A stretch of 64,000 nucleotides of DNA from positions 1-64,000 of IMG/VR virus record IMGVR_UViG_3300032770_000001; one strand, 5' to 3'. Below the pieces are notes generated by a model. It was not told where the DNA came from, did no database searches, and saw nothing but the letters and a program-made list of their open reading frames with translations. Made by a program: the position numbers and the translations under genes. Positions within the stretch are counted from its first letter, which is position 1, and each line of letters begins with the position of its first letter. Below, piece by piece: positions 43,701 to 55,200 of this stretch.

Positions 43701-44951
43701 CTGCGCGTTCAAGCCAAAAGCACGGGCAATCTGCTGCTTGTATTGACTGCTGTTGAACGGATCGGACACACCGTCGCCGTTCGCATCGTCTATTTGTGAG
43801 ATGGCGCTGATTGAAGTTGAATCGCGAGCGAACCATTCGCGCACAGACATCTGAGACAGTTCGAGAGCGATGGGATCAACAACTACGTCTCGAATTTCAG
43901 AACGCGGCGATAGATCGAGATCGGGTTGTTGCTTGTTGATCTGCGCAATAAGGCGTCCGGCGATGTCTTCCTTACGCTGGAGGTACGGGAAATCAGTAGG
44001 ATTCGCCAGCTTGAGATTGACATAGCCGCACTGCAACGGGCCGCTCTGTTGCGATTCGTAAACCGTGCCGCTGCCGGGGTCTTGGATGACTGTCGAGAAC
44101 AATGCGTAGAAAGTATCCGACTGGATAAAGCTGTTGGGTACGTTCACGCTGCTGTAATTCGTCGGCAGTGTCGTGTTGACCGTAGTGACCGTGGTGGTGT
44201 TGCCATTTACTGTGGTGCTCGTCTCCGAGTCCACAATGGTGTTTACGGAACTGGTGACGTTGTTGACCAATTCTCCGAACTGCGTGTATGGCGGATTGAT
44301 GCCAGCCGAATCGGTCGAAAGCATGACACGCACGCCGATGAAACCATTAAAGGTTGGGGTAGCCCATTGCAGCGTGCAGTCTGTTTGATCCTTGCCAGCC
44401 GTAAGACCAGACGGCGGCCCGATTTGGACTGCCAAATTGCTTTGGAAGAAAATCAGGCTGAACTTAAAGGTCGGTGTGATCGCCAGCGGCCCGAGACACG
44501 TCCAAGTAATCTGGGTTGCCCCCACACCATCCGTAGTCGTAGCTCCCACGGTCGTCGCCCATGTCGGCTGCGTGCCCCCGGAGGTTCCGGGAACTGTACA
44601 AACCTGAACGTTGCCGTTTGGATCGACAAAGGTATAGCCAACCGCAAATGCGCTATTGCTTGCCCATGCCCCTTGTGGATTGTAGTTGCGTCCGAGGATG
44701 ATAACGGGCACTTCCTGAACCGATGGAACCAGCGGCACCGAAGTCGTAAACGTGTTTACGTTGTTGGCGGTTGTAAATGTGGTTAAGACGTGGGTCTGAT
44801 TGTAAATTGAAATCTCAAGCCGAGTCGTGTTGACATCAGCCTCAACGACAAATGGCAGGACGGACGAATCCACCGAAATGGTCTGGCTTCCCAGCGCAAG
44901 CTGAGGAGTGACCATCGTCAGAGCCGAAAGTGATACGACTGGTGTAGGCAT
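40743..44951 (-). CDS. large baseplate J-like wedge protein (1402 aa)
   Basis: G.TR..A..A.G.LTF, V.A.C...G..GNV.AG.I, VTN......GTD.ES. Confidence 0.8.
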   Translation of the reverse strand: MPTPVVSLSALTMVTPQLALGSQTISVDSSVLPFVVEADVNTTRLEISIYNQTHVLTTFTTANNVNTFTTSVPLVPSVQEVPVIILGRNYNPQGAWASNSAFAVGYTFVDPNGNVQVCTVPGTSGGTQPTWATTVGATTTDGVGATQITWTCLGPLAITPTFKFSLIFFQSNLAVQIGPPSGLTAGKDQTDCTLQWATPTFNGFIGVRVMLSTDSAGINPPYTQFGELVNNVTSSVNTIVDSETSTTVNGNTTTVTTVNTTLPTNYSSVNVPNSFIQSDTFYALFSTVIQDPGSGTVYESQQSGPLQCGYVNLKLANPTDFPYLQRKEDIAGRLIAQINKQQPDLDLSPRSEIRDVVVDPIALELSQMSVREWFARDSTSISAISQIDDANGDGVSDPFNSSQYKQQIARAFGLNAQNTQNLIDTQFNLLGEAAGLTRNGATTATGILTFYVYTPPTADIVIPENATVATVADANTPALNFLTRGSAVLDVANLASFYNPVQGWWAITVPAECSTAGSIGNVGAGTIRQVVNGLPAGVNVTNTTAFAFGTDIESNSSFAARIQLKNVTGVDTGTRHGYEGTALATPGIIAVQVVAAGDVDMLRDWDPIRQKHVFGTVDIYTRGTQFSQQDSQVPFEYGVTGNYGQQATYLQLTLSDPRIIRFTVNNFSSLPANLYSAVELAISRGTNTFYLGLERAQFDNVNGNILVNPNDLAYVYVGSNITQAKVPYVLNQQTTAATNLQAVATIIGVSAGTYTISLIAREQTPLSETPSLQPIISISSVTGESGETGNVDSSLIELIHTSDFLLEGGSQNAGDVVEVSTTSTVPTTSTITALLANPVQIDTAMLVPTDLNGVPQNVLSVRSTDQSTLYQFGVDYNIVVLGPYHAYGLNVLTSSVTITQIAILNNVLTVTCNNVFGQGAPITLTGLTTATFLNNQVVTIATASPTQFTAVFTHANYGPTSDTGIATGSAIQNNQNVLVSYNKFVVYERLQFISDETQVLTGTLPTPLDNAFGFVHNTWLPQSYLNQLIPNSAGGTVLGTALTLDGWDGQYNTTDGGLDVTGSTGLVGALIPIQNRYIKVTFNGKVMRENLDFTLTQDATGAWNLARIATGSIANGGTVIVSYFTVETFTISTLYPAFVQILVNQINQTKAAAADVLVKAMVASPVDLTIAVTLQANASADVVDQNIRTAISIVFDNASGTLDQSTVIAAIQAVNGVQSVEVPFLKMAKSDASYDIGVVIPTGTAWMPLIQDPAFAPLGVNGLPANSFITTVAVLPDTTIPSGGESNAVVSLLYQGQQFRRASSVQDFLTNSPAATSIASTQTPGSFYIFGVNDEINSTTPLGSNYDQRIAIVIPNDVASPGLLSYFCTYQVFDETGTKDITVSSTEYLTTGKITISYIQGS

Positions 44952-45748
44952 TAACTATTCACCTGCATCTGGAACGCTAAAGGCACCGTTGTGTTGTTGA
45001 ACGTGGTAACAGCCGCCGACACCTTAATGGTGGTCGGATCGTCTGTCGCAACATTCGCCGTCACGAACTGAATGTCCTTAATCATCTCTAACGGATCGAG
45101 ACTCTGAATGGTCTGCTGAGCCTGCTGTACCTGTTGCATAGTGCTCAGAGCCTTCGTCACCGACGTTTGAATATCTGCGTCTGTTAGATTGATACCCAAT
45201 TTTCGACCCACATAAGACTTCAATGGGCAGACAAATGTTGGGTAGAAAGCGCACCGGGAACTCAAAATCCACTTCAAGCTCTTCTGAGCCAATTTGGGTT
45301 GGCGATAAACCCGCAACCAAGCCCCTGAAGTCGTGGGCTTCAAATCATTTAGAACACCCAGCGCACTGCACTTCAAGCAGTAATCCTGCCGGGTAATATA
45401 TGAAATCTCGATCAATGGCGTCGTAATTCTGACTGGTTTGTTGAACAGGATTTTGTAGAAGATGTCACCCGTGGCGTCTGCATCCATGGAGCGACTGTTG
45501 TCACGAATCAGCGACCAACCATAGGTCGGGTCGTTGGATTGGACTTCTTCATTGTGAATCCACATCCGAATGAGGTCCGCACCATTGATCGGAGCACGGA
45601 TGTTCAGTGTCGTATCCCCAGCGTAGTGCAGTGTGCGAAAGTCGTTGAAGTCTACGACATACCGCTCGAAGGACTGCTGGTGGTCACAACTCCCAATCGT
45701 GCGCTGCGTCATGGGATCGATGATGAGAACGTTGTAATCGTAGCTCAT
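44951..45748 (-). CDS. baseplate gp25-like protein
   Basis: C.KC...G.LND, KLAQ...K.IL....FYP....L...VG. Confidence 0.6.
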   Translation of the reverse strand: MSYDYNVLIIDPMTQRTIGSCDHQQSFERYVVDFNDFRTLHYAGDTTLNIRAPINGADLIRMWIHNEEVQSNDPTYGWSLIRDNSRSMDADATGDIFYKILFNKPVRITTPLIEISYITRQDYCLKCSALGVLNDLKPTTSGAWLRVYRQPKLAQKSLKWILSSRCAFYPTFVCPLKSYVGRKLGINLTDADIQTSVTKALSTMQQVQQAQQTIQSLDPLEMIKDIQFVTANVATDDPTTIKVSAAVTTFNNTTVPLAFQMQVNS

Positions 45749-45749
45749 G

Positions 45750-46412
45750 TTAGCTCTGCGGCTGCGGCTCCTCTTTCAACGTGACCGCGTCACCCGGTAT
45801 CGCCACGCGACCTACCTGCTCCTGCTCGAACTGCGTCGGGTTATCCAACTGCTTGACGCGGTAGCGCGGATTCGATGAACCAGCCGGGTAAACGTCGGTT
45901 TGATCGTTCACTAAAACAGCCGAGAAGCGTGGAATGGCAAAATAACCGTTGATTTGACCGATGAGTTCCGGCACTCCGGTCGAAGCGTCGTTGGCACTTT
46001 GTGCCTTATCTTCAGTCTTTTCAATAAGATTACGGACGTGGTTCATGTGGAAAACCGAGTCATCCTGCCGCTGAAGCTGCTCTTTCAGGTAAGCTTTGAT
46101 CGAGGACATGGCGACCATCGGAAGTTGGTCGTCTCGCTGAACATAGGGGAACCAGCCGGAAGTCGGCGGCTGCCACGTCGCTTTACCAAACGTCGGCGAC
46201 AACTTGTCGTCATTGGCAGTCTGATAGAACTGTTCGAGAGCCCCAGCCGTCTTTCTTAGCTGTTGCGCACGAATTTGGTAGTGCAGCTTGATCCCATTCC
46301 AACGTCCGGCAGGGTTGCCGCCGTACCACGTCTGGAAGCTATCCCACTGTGTCTTGGAGAAGTTGCCAAGCCAGTTGAATGGTGGACCGGAATAAGCATA
46401 ACGATAGGCCAC
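45750..46412 (-). CDS. virion-module hypothetical protein
   Basis: within structural operon. Confidence 0.65.
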   Translation of the reverse strand: MAYRYAYSGPPFNWLGNFSKTQWDSFQTWYGGNPAGRWNGIKLHYQIRAQQLRKTAGALEQFYQTANDDKLSPTFGKATWQPPTSGWFPYVQRDDQLPMVAMSSIKAYLKEQLQRQDDSVFHMNHVRNLIEKTEDKAQSANDASTGVPELIGQINGYFAIPRFSAVLVNDQTDVYPAGSSNPRYRVKQLDNPTQFEQEQVGRVAIPGDAVTLKEEPQPQS

Positions 46413-46421
46413 GGTTCTCCC

Positions 46422-49196
46422 TTACGACACAATCTGAAGGTTATGTGTGTAGACGCGCATCTTCGGGTTGACACCACAAGCGAAGGTGCGTCCACCTACG
46501 TCAATGTGAGCGATACGACGCATTCCCACTGAGATGGTCTCGGTAATCATCGACCATTCAGGTCCGTTACCGACCTCGACCGCAACATGCATTCCAGCGC
46601 GAATATCGTGCGCACGGATCGCGATCTCGTCGTAAGGTGCGCCTTGAGCCAATTGACTCATAGCTTCAAGCGTCGGAATCGGAGTGGTCGCGGACACCAC
46701 AACCTCAGCCCCGCTTTCCGTGATGAAATGGATGCACGGTGCTTCGGTAAACATGAAGTTCTGAACTGGCTGCGTCTGATTGACGAGACCATTCTTCACA
46801 AAGTCCGCGTCTTCACCGACGAGACAATCCAGACCCAGACCGATCTCCACGTCACAGACCTGATGTGCATCATCCAGCCACATCTCGATGGCAGGGCATC
46901 CGCCGCCGCCCCCACCACCGCCGCCCGGAATCGGATTGCCGTTGGTGTACGAAGTCGTATCGTTGTAAGTGACCGACAATGTGCTCAGCCCGTCCGTTGC
47001 CGTGTAGCCGAATGTGAGTGGAGTACCCCACGCATACAGCGAAGTCACAGTTTGTGAAATGGTGGTGTGGTACCCGCCGCTGACCGCCACTGGAGCACCG
47101 ATTGTCGGAGTTCCGAGACTGGTTTTTGTGCCGGAATGAATGCGGAAGAAGTTTGTGCCCGGACTCGTTTGGTTGAAAGTCCCATTGTCTTTCGAGAACA
47201 CGACCGCCGTAAGGGTAATAGACCCTGTGATCGTAGTGCCCGACACGCCGCCAGTGATGGCGAACGAATAGTTCGTCGGGTTTTGATAAGTGACGCCCGT
47301 TGTCGCGATTGTCGCGGCGGTGCCGTTGAAATACGTGATTGCACCAGCGTTGACGAACGATGTACCACTCAGGTATGTCAACACGCCCGTGCAGTTAAGG
47401 TTCAACTGGAACGAACTATTCGTGGTTGAGTGCGGCACTGTGATGGAGGTCGTCCATCCAGTCAGCCAACCGGAACCATCCAACACAGGCGTCAACTGAG
47501 ATGCGAACGTGGCACCATTGGTTAACGATCCGGCGATTGCGACCGAATTACCAGTCCCGAAGAGACCCTGCTGTTCAGGACTCATGGGTTTGGCAAGACT
47601 GATCGTGAGAGAATGTGATGCACCATCGGCTGGCATCGTTAGCGGAGCAACCGTAAGCGATCCCAGTGTCGGGTGAACCATGTAAGCAACTTGGATTGGG
47701 TACAGATTGCCGCCGCCAGAAGCCGATGTTGCGAATAGATCGTACTTTTTGTTCGAACTGTTAAACCACGCGATATCTTCCGACTTGATCGTCAAGTTGG
47801 TGACATCAACGTGAGATGTCGGAGAAGCACCGTTGTACGCTAACGACAGCGCCGTAGGCGAGCCGGATGGATACGGTGCGATAGACAACAATCCCTGCCA
47901 TGCAGTGTTATCGCCACTGATGCCCGTCTGTCCGGCAGATAGTGCGGATGTATAATCCGGTGCCGTGCCGCCAGATGGCGGATAAACCACGCCGCCAAAG
48001 TTGAAAGTATTGCCCACGTTGTCATAGAGCGGAACCGAACCAGAGGTTCCCTCCAAAACTGGAACATACGGGATAGTCGTGTATTGAATGCCAGTGACAC
48101 TCAGACTCAAAGTCTCACTCTGACCCTGCACTTTCAAATTCGTCGAACCACCGGATGGGGTCAACTGGAGAGACCCTGACGGTGTTGTCGAAGTCGGTGC
48201 GGTAGAGATGGATGATACGGGAAGATTCTGTGCGCCGACACCGAGCGGGTTAGCGTTGTTCCCGATACCAGTGTTCAGTTGCCCCTGACCGTAAGTGATC
48301 TGGAAATAACCGTTGTCGTCGCCGGAGAACTGAATTGCGTCGAACTGGTTGTAAATCGCGTAGAACGGATAAATACCCGGTGCCGGGAATTTGATGTACG
48401 CCCACGTTGTGTTCGGTTGCAGTGCTAACTTACCGTTTGCATTTGCAACCATCAACGGATAGCCGACCCCGTTCGGTGCCGTGCCCGGATATGGATTTTG
48501 AACGTTGGCTGCATTGCCACTGGAAGTGCACGTAGCACCGCCGCCGATGTAAAGAGCGAAGCTACCCACATCGCAATTCGAGATGTAAAATGTGAATGTC
48601 TGACTGGCATCCTTGACAACGAAATTGCCAGTGATGTCAAGCTGAAAGCCGGGTTGGTCGCTGCCGTTGTTGCCGTTATTCTGGGTAGAGACCGGAACGT
48701 TGCCAGCAAATGCGCCAGCCGAAGTCTGGTTCTGCGCGGCCATCGGCTGCGTTTTATAAGCACCACCCTGTCCAATATTGGTTGAATAGGTGCCTGTGCC
48801 TGAAATCGGAACGTTCGGGGAGACGGTATTGAAGACCAATGAATTGATGGTCGTAGTTTTCGACGGACCTGACGGATAGCTGACAAGGTCGGATGGGAAC
48901 CACCCGCTCTTGTTGGCTGTGTTATGCAGATAAAATTTCACCGTGACCGGGCCGACAGCGATAAGGCCGTTGGTTGCCTGCCAGACGATGTCCGCCTGAT
49001 TAGACGGAGCCACACCAGCGTGTGACGGCATCGTGGCAATAATGTTGTCGGTGCCTGAATTCGCGCCACTCAGCGGAATGCTGAGTGGGTTGCTGACAGC
49101 ATTGCCCGTGACGGTGTCAACCAACACGTTGAAGTGGTACGTGTTGTGGTTCGCACCTGTAACGGTTACCGTGATTTGTTCTGATACCTGAGCCAT
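46422..49196 (-). CDS. tail/fibre protein with PA14-like segment and C-terminal Hint domain
   Basis: poly-Gly linker then C.., S.TTP (block B-like), terminal THN; Hint at about 46898-46440. Confidence 0.75.
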   Translation of the reverse strand: MAQVSEQITVTVTGANHNTYHFNVLVDTVTGNAVSNPLSIPLSGANSGTDNIIATMPSHAGVAPSNQADIVWQATNGLIAVGPVTVKFYLHNTANKSGWFPSDLVSYPSGPSKTTTINSLVFNTVSPNVPISGTGTYSTNIGQGGAYKTQPMAAQNQTSAGAFAGNVPVSTQNNGNNGSDQPGFQLDITGNFVVKDASQTFTFYISNCDVGSFALYIGGGATCTSSGNAANVQNPYPGTAPNGVGYPLMVANANGKLALQPNTTWAYIKFPAPGIYPFYAIYNQFDAIQFSGDDNGYFQITYGQGQLNTGIGNNANPLGVGAQNLPVSSISTAPTSTTPSGSLQLTPSGGSTNLKVQGQSETLSLSVTGIQYTTIPYVPVLEGTSGSVPLYDNVGNTFNFGGVVYPPSGGTAPDYTSALSAGQTGISGDNTAWQGLLSIAPYPSGSPTALSLAYNGASPTSHVDVTNLTIKSEDIAWFNSSNKKYDLFATSASGGGNLYPIQVAYMVHPTLGSLTVAPLTMPADGASHSLTISLAKPMSPEQQGLFGTGNSVAIAGSLTNGATFASQLTPVLDGSGWLTGWTTSITVPHSTTNSSFQLNLNCTGVLTYLSGTSFVNAGAITYFNGTAATIATTGVTYQNPTNYSFAITGGVSGTTITGSITLTAVVFSKDNGTFNQTSPGTNFFRIHSGTKTSLGTPTIGAPVAVSGGYHTTISQTVTSLYAWGTPLTFGYTATDGLSTLSVTYNDTTSYTNGNPIPGGGGGGGGGCPAIEMWLDDAHQVCDVEIGLGLDCLVGEDADFVKNGLVNQTQPVQNFMFTEAPCIHFITESGAEVVVSATTPIPTLEAMSQLAQGAPYDEIAIRAHDIRAGMHVAVEVGNGPEWSMITETISVGMRRIAHIDVGGRTFACGVNPKMRVYTHNLQIVS

Positions 49197-49206
49197 CCAC
49201 TTATCC

Positions 49207-52200
49207 TTATGTTGCGGTCGTCAACTTCGTCGGGAGGTTGCCTGAAGTCGGCTTCAGAACCAACGCCCCGTCGTTGTAGACATACCACTTAAATGTTGCC
49301 GTAGCCGTGACACCGGAATCCGTTACCGAAACCGAGAAGTTATTCGCGGTCGGGTACGCCGATCCCGTGGTAAACGGTCCGGAAAGCTGAATCTTAGCCG
49401 TGCCGGAGACCAGCGATATCACAGTTGCACTGAAAGTCGCTGGTACCGTGATCGTCAACTGACTTGGACTCGTGCTGATAACGCCTGTTGCGACCACGTA
49501 GAACGCCAAGTTCGGGTTCTGAGGCGGAATCGATGTAACGTTTCCGTTGTCGATATAGCCCAGAATGTTGTTGCTCGTAGAATCAGCGAAATCAATACCC
49601 GTCTGCAACGTCAAACCTGAAACCACGTTGATCGTATACACATGCGTGTTGATAGCGCCTGTGTTGTCAGTGACCTTAAGAGTCACGCTTGTGCTGCCAG
49701 TCGCCGTGGTGGTACCGGAAATGACACCGCTGCTCGCATTCAAATTCAAGCCGTTTGGCAATTGACCGGAGGCAACGCTGAAGCTGTATGGCGTGAATCC
49801 ACCACTTGCCGTAATGGTCTGCGTACCAGCGCGACCTGATGTGAAACTCAGGGTGAATGGTGCCTGAAGCGCCAACGTTGAGTTCTGAACTGTCAGGTTC
49901 AGAGCTTTTGTCACCGTGTTGGGCGGTATCAACGAGTCGCTCACTTGGAACGTGACGTTGCTGTTAAACACCGCAGTCGGCGAACCAGTGATTAAACCGC
50001 TCGACGAGATGCTCAAACCATCGACCGGAGGCGTTGGGCTGGTGATCGACCACGTATACGGAGCCACACCACCGGAAGCCGTCATCTGATAGCCGCCGCC
50101 AGACGGGGGCGGATACGAACCGCCGACGCTGCCAACCGGGAGCGAAGTATTGGTGATTGCAAGATCGGTACCCGTGTTCAAATCGACAATGATAACCGCA
50201 GTGTGACCCACGGAATCCGTCGCCAGAATTTCAACCGGGTAATTCACAAGTGCAGCACCGGAGTACGTGCCCGTGATGGCTGCCGTAAGACCGAAATTCG
50301 AGGCGTTTGCCTGTAAGTTCAAGCCAGTCGGCAAGGGGTTCGAAGCGCAAGTTGAAGTCACGACCTGCCACGTAATCGCATTGGCTGCCGAAGTTGGCAT
50401 GACGAACGTTCCGGTAGCCATGAGCGTGCCGAGATAAGGAACGCCGCGATTGATGACACCCACGCCACTGTCATCGATAGTCATACCAGATGCCGCGCCC
50501 GTTGCCAAGGTGCCGGAAGCGGATGCGGTAGCTGCGACTGCGTCAGTTACCTGCACAGTTACGCTGGACGTGAAACTTGGGTTAGATGTGACGCCGCTGA
50601 ATGCACCACCCGGAACGCAAGCTACGGGCGTACCGTTTTGCGTATTGAACAGGATGCCGGACGGTAAGCTGCCGCCAGTGATTGCCCAATTGTACGGGCC
50701 GCTCGGCCCGGTGAATTGGGTGCCGCCCTCAGCCAGCACTTGATAGAAGTACGGCTGACCCGGAATGATTGCCGGGAATGGCGGAACGTTGACAATGCGC
50801 AGCGTGTTGTTGATGTTCAGATTGATGATTGCCTGAACCGTAACAGTCGGGGTCTCGCTATCAGTCAGATTGACTACGATGTTCTGGTTGTAAGCACCGA
50901 CTGCTGTGGTGCCGGAAAGGACACCAGCAGACGACAGCGTAATGCCTGTCGGCAGAGCCGGGGACGTAATGTCCAGAGCCCATGTGTACGGAGGTACCCC
51001 GCCCGTTCCTTGGAACGTTGCGAAGTACGGCTGACCAGTCACGATGGACGGCAGTGAAGTCGTCACAATCGTGAGCGGGTTGATATAATCGACCGTCAGG
51101 CGGTAGTAGATGTACGCCGACTGCGAGTTGGCGTTTGTCGCCGAAATCCAAATGTCGAAGAACCCAGCCTCAGTTGGGGTACCGGACAGGATCACGTTCG
51201 GCGGTGTATTGGCGTCGAACGAGAACGTCATACCCAGAGGTAGACGACCGCGATAGGCGGACGCCGCCGTCAGCGGGACAGGCGAAGTGGTTGGAAGCGT
51301 GATACTGCCATACGCTTGCAAAATCTGAGCCGAAACCAAGTTCTGCGTCGAGAGGTTGAATGCGCTCGCCTGTGTATCCCAAGTGATAGTCACGGTGCCG
51401 TGAATCGTACCGGAAGCATCCACATACTCGATCACGCTGGTGGGTGTTACCGCCACGCCAACCAACTGACCGTAGATCAGGCTGGTATTGGCATCGAGCG
51501 AAAGACCCGGAGGCAACTGAGAGCCTTTCTGAACACGTGCAGTCCAGTTGATGTTCTTGAAGATATTTGGAGAGTTAAACCACGGTTTCTGCGGGTTCAA
51601 ACCGACCGCATCGCCAACGATGTACGGACGAGTCTGAATCGCTACCTGACCAATATCTCCGGCAACACCGAGGTCATCGTGTGCAAGCAAGGTGTACTGA
51701 CGAGTCAGGGTAGCTGCGAGCGTTGCACCCTGTTGAATAGCGAGCGGAATGAAGACTTCGGAGTTGTTGAAGCTCGTCGGAGCACCAGCCGTCGAAACAA
51801 TAGGAGCCGATGGGTTCGTGTTGTTGAGTGAAACCACCAAGCCGTTGCTTGGCAGCGGCGGATTGAATGTGCCGATGGAGTAACCCGCACCCGGAGGGGT
51901 GATGGGCAACGGCACGGACGTAATGTCGTTCTCAGTCCAGTAATGATCGAAATACGCAGTCTCCTGCGTCGTCGATCCGGCACCGATACCGATAACTGCA
52001 ATCGGAGACGCAGCGTTGTAGTTGAATTGCTGAGCCAAGGTTTGAGGGCTGACAGGATTGCTATCGCGCACCGTCACGGTAAAAGTATGTCCGCCAGTCT
52101 GAGCCGGGGTCGGAGCGGCCATGATTTCAATCTGACCGTCAGCAAGCTGGAATGGACGAGACAGCAACACCGTCAACAGCAGCGTTGTCGTGAGTGTGTT

Positions 52201-55200
52201 ACCCAACGTGTCCGTAACCTGAAGACCAACTGTCCACGAACCGAAGCCGGGGAAGCTGAAAGTCAATAGCGTGTTGGCACCGCTGCCGAGGAGCGAGGCT
52301 CCCGGCATCGAGGTTGTCGCAGGATCGATTGCCCATGTCGCCACGGGATTCGGGCCGACCGCACTGAGCGGGATGATCGTCTGACCAACATACGGAGCCC
52401 AGTAGTTGACGTTGGGCGGAATTTGCGCCGAGTTTATAGCAATGGCGATGTAGTTGTTGCCGCCACTGGAGACCACATCACCCACGAGGTAGGTGAAACC
52501 AGTATTCCACGCAGCCGGGTTCGTGATATTCGGGGTTGCGTATTCCTGATTCTGTGTCAGGATTTGGAAAATCGTTGGATCAGCGACGGTAATCGGAATC
52601 TTAACGTTCGCCGAGTTCGCCGGAGTCGCACTATCGATCACGACGAAACGAGTCTCGTATTGCCCAACCGCAATGCCAGTCGTACCAAATGCGAACTGAT
52701 TTGCCAACGCCTGCGGGGTGATCGTACCACCAGAACCACGGAACGGTGGGAAGTCCAGCGAAGTTTCCGCAGCGAGGGCGAAGGTATACGGCGGCACGCC
52801 GCCTGCGGCTGTCAGTTCGACCAGAGTCGAAGCAATGTTGTGAACGACATCCACATCAATCGGATTGATGATGGTCAAGCCACTGCCGACCACGCCGTCA
52901 TCCACAAAACTGACGAGTGTGTAGGGAGAGAATCCACCGAAGACCGGGACAGTCAGTTTGAAGTCCTGATCGCAATAGATCGTGGGCTGATCGACCTTAC
53001 CAGCGTAGCCGAGCGTAAGGGCTTCAGGCAGCAACGAGATGCTGTAAGTGCGCGAAGCTTTGGCACCGATGGAGTCGGTGACCTGAACCGTCGCAGTAAA
53101 CAGGAAGCCTGTCGCGAAGTCAGAAGTCGAGTTGTACGTGCAAGGCACGCCGGACAGCAGACCCGTATTCGGGTCGATGATGATGCCGATTGGCAAAGCG
53201 CCTGCGGCGATGTTCCATGTGTACGGAGCCAGACCACCGACCGTCGAACCGCCCACAGCGTTGCCGAGAGTCATCTGATGGTTGTATGGAGTACCGACTG
53301 TGGCATTCGGGATCGATGTATCCGCGATCAGCAAGTCAGTCTGGACAAGCATGGTCAATGTAGTTTCAGCAATGTAGAACGGCGTGCTGGAATCCTGCAC
53401 AGCAAAGTTGATGGAGAAAGTGCCCAATTGCAGCGGGGTGCCGCTGAGTACACCGTTGACGCTCAGTCTTACGCCCGGAGGCAGCGAGTCGCTAAACCAG
53501 ATGTACGGCTGCGTGCCGCCATTATTGGTTTGAAGCTGGAATTCCGCCATCGGCTTGCCGACTACGATGTTACCCGGCAGCGCAGTGGTTGTGATCTTAA
53601 CCGGAGTTGCTGACGTGGTTGAAGTGACCGTGTTGATATACACCGGGGTGATGAATTCGAGAGCTTTCGGACGGCCCTCAATCGGGAACACGTCGAAGGC
53701 ACCTGTGCCGAGTAACGAACTTGCATTCGAGAAGCGGGTGTCGCCAACAACGAGCTTGAGTTCATTGGTCTGAGTGTCGCGAACAACGCCGCGAGCAACC
53801 ACTAACCAAGGATTCGGTGTCACCGTTCCGCTCGTGGCGTCCACAATCTCGAAGCCCTGCGCACCGCCGATACCGAGTGTGCCAGTAAGAGCACTCTGAA
53901 TTGCCGCTTGTGGGTTGAATTCTTGATCGAGCACGAACAACTGGAACGTGCGTTGACGGAGCAGCACAACCTGCGGAATGTATCCAACCGAGTTGTATAG
54001 CTTACGGGTCTGTACGATGATTGGCAAACCACCAGCCGTCTGGAACTGTTTTGCGACGACCGAAGAGGACAATGGCAGCCAGCCAGTTGTCGTATTGTCT
54101 GGGAAGACGATCTGCCACTGATCCGCACCTGTATATGTCGGTTGCAGCGTGATATTGACGGTCTGACCGAGTTCGACAGTCGTGTTGTCGAAAGTGACAT
54201 CCGTCGATCCAATCGCATTCGGGAACTGAAGGTTCGTAACTGTACCGTTGAATTCCCACAGATTGCTGTTCAACGCCTGTGTCGTGTCGTTGGACAATCC
54301 CTGCATATTCAACTGGTATGTGCCGGAAGTCAGGATCGTGTTGTAGACACGGCTCGATTCCGTTTCACCAGCATTCAGAGCCGCTGGCTTGAACGTGATG
54401 ACCGGGGCTGATGGCGGGTTGATAGTGGTGATGTTCCAACCCTTGTATTGATCGTAAGTGCCATCCGGCCCTACGAGCGGCTGGAAGTTCAACGTGAAAT
54501 TGAAATTTTCATCGATCAGGCCGACAGCGGGGGCTGACGGGAGTTGTCCGGTTGTCGAAGCGGAGCTTGAAATGACAATGATCGGCACGCCGTAAGATGT
54601 GCCGTAGAAACTGGTGCCATACACGCTATAGACGCAAGTACCGATCTGCGTGACGTTGTAGGTCGTATCGCCCAGTACGTTGTAAATCGGAGTTGCGGAC
54701 GGCGACTGGAGCAAGTCCAAAGTCTGCGCGTTCCCACTCGTTGCCCAATTGATTGTGAACAGCGAGTTGTCCGGGATGTTCTGTACGTTAGCTGCTACTC
54801 CGGAAACCACCAACGGAGTCTGCACCGTGGACACGGTCAACGTAATCGTTGGCGTGTAACTGCGCTGGAAACCTGACGCAGTCATTGAAATCTGGAACGG
54901 GTACGAACCAGCCTGCAAAGCGTTGCCCTGAAGCTGGAAACCACCACCGACCTGCTGGATAAATAGACCGTCAGGCGCACCTACGAGTTCCCAGAGAACC
55001 GGGCTGACCGGATTCTGGTAATTCGGAGAGTTCGGATCGTTGTTGATGGCGACCAGCGGAACTGGGACAATGCTCGAACCTGTATTCGAAGCAATCGCGG
55101 TCGGAATCGTGTGAGCCGGGTTACCGTCCGTAGTGCCCAGTAACGGTGCGGCACCATTCGCGAGGAAGAGCGCCTGTGCGTAGCCCAAACGACCCGCAAC

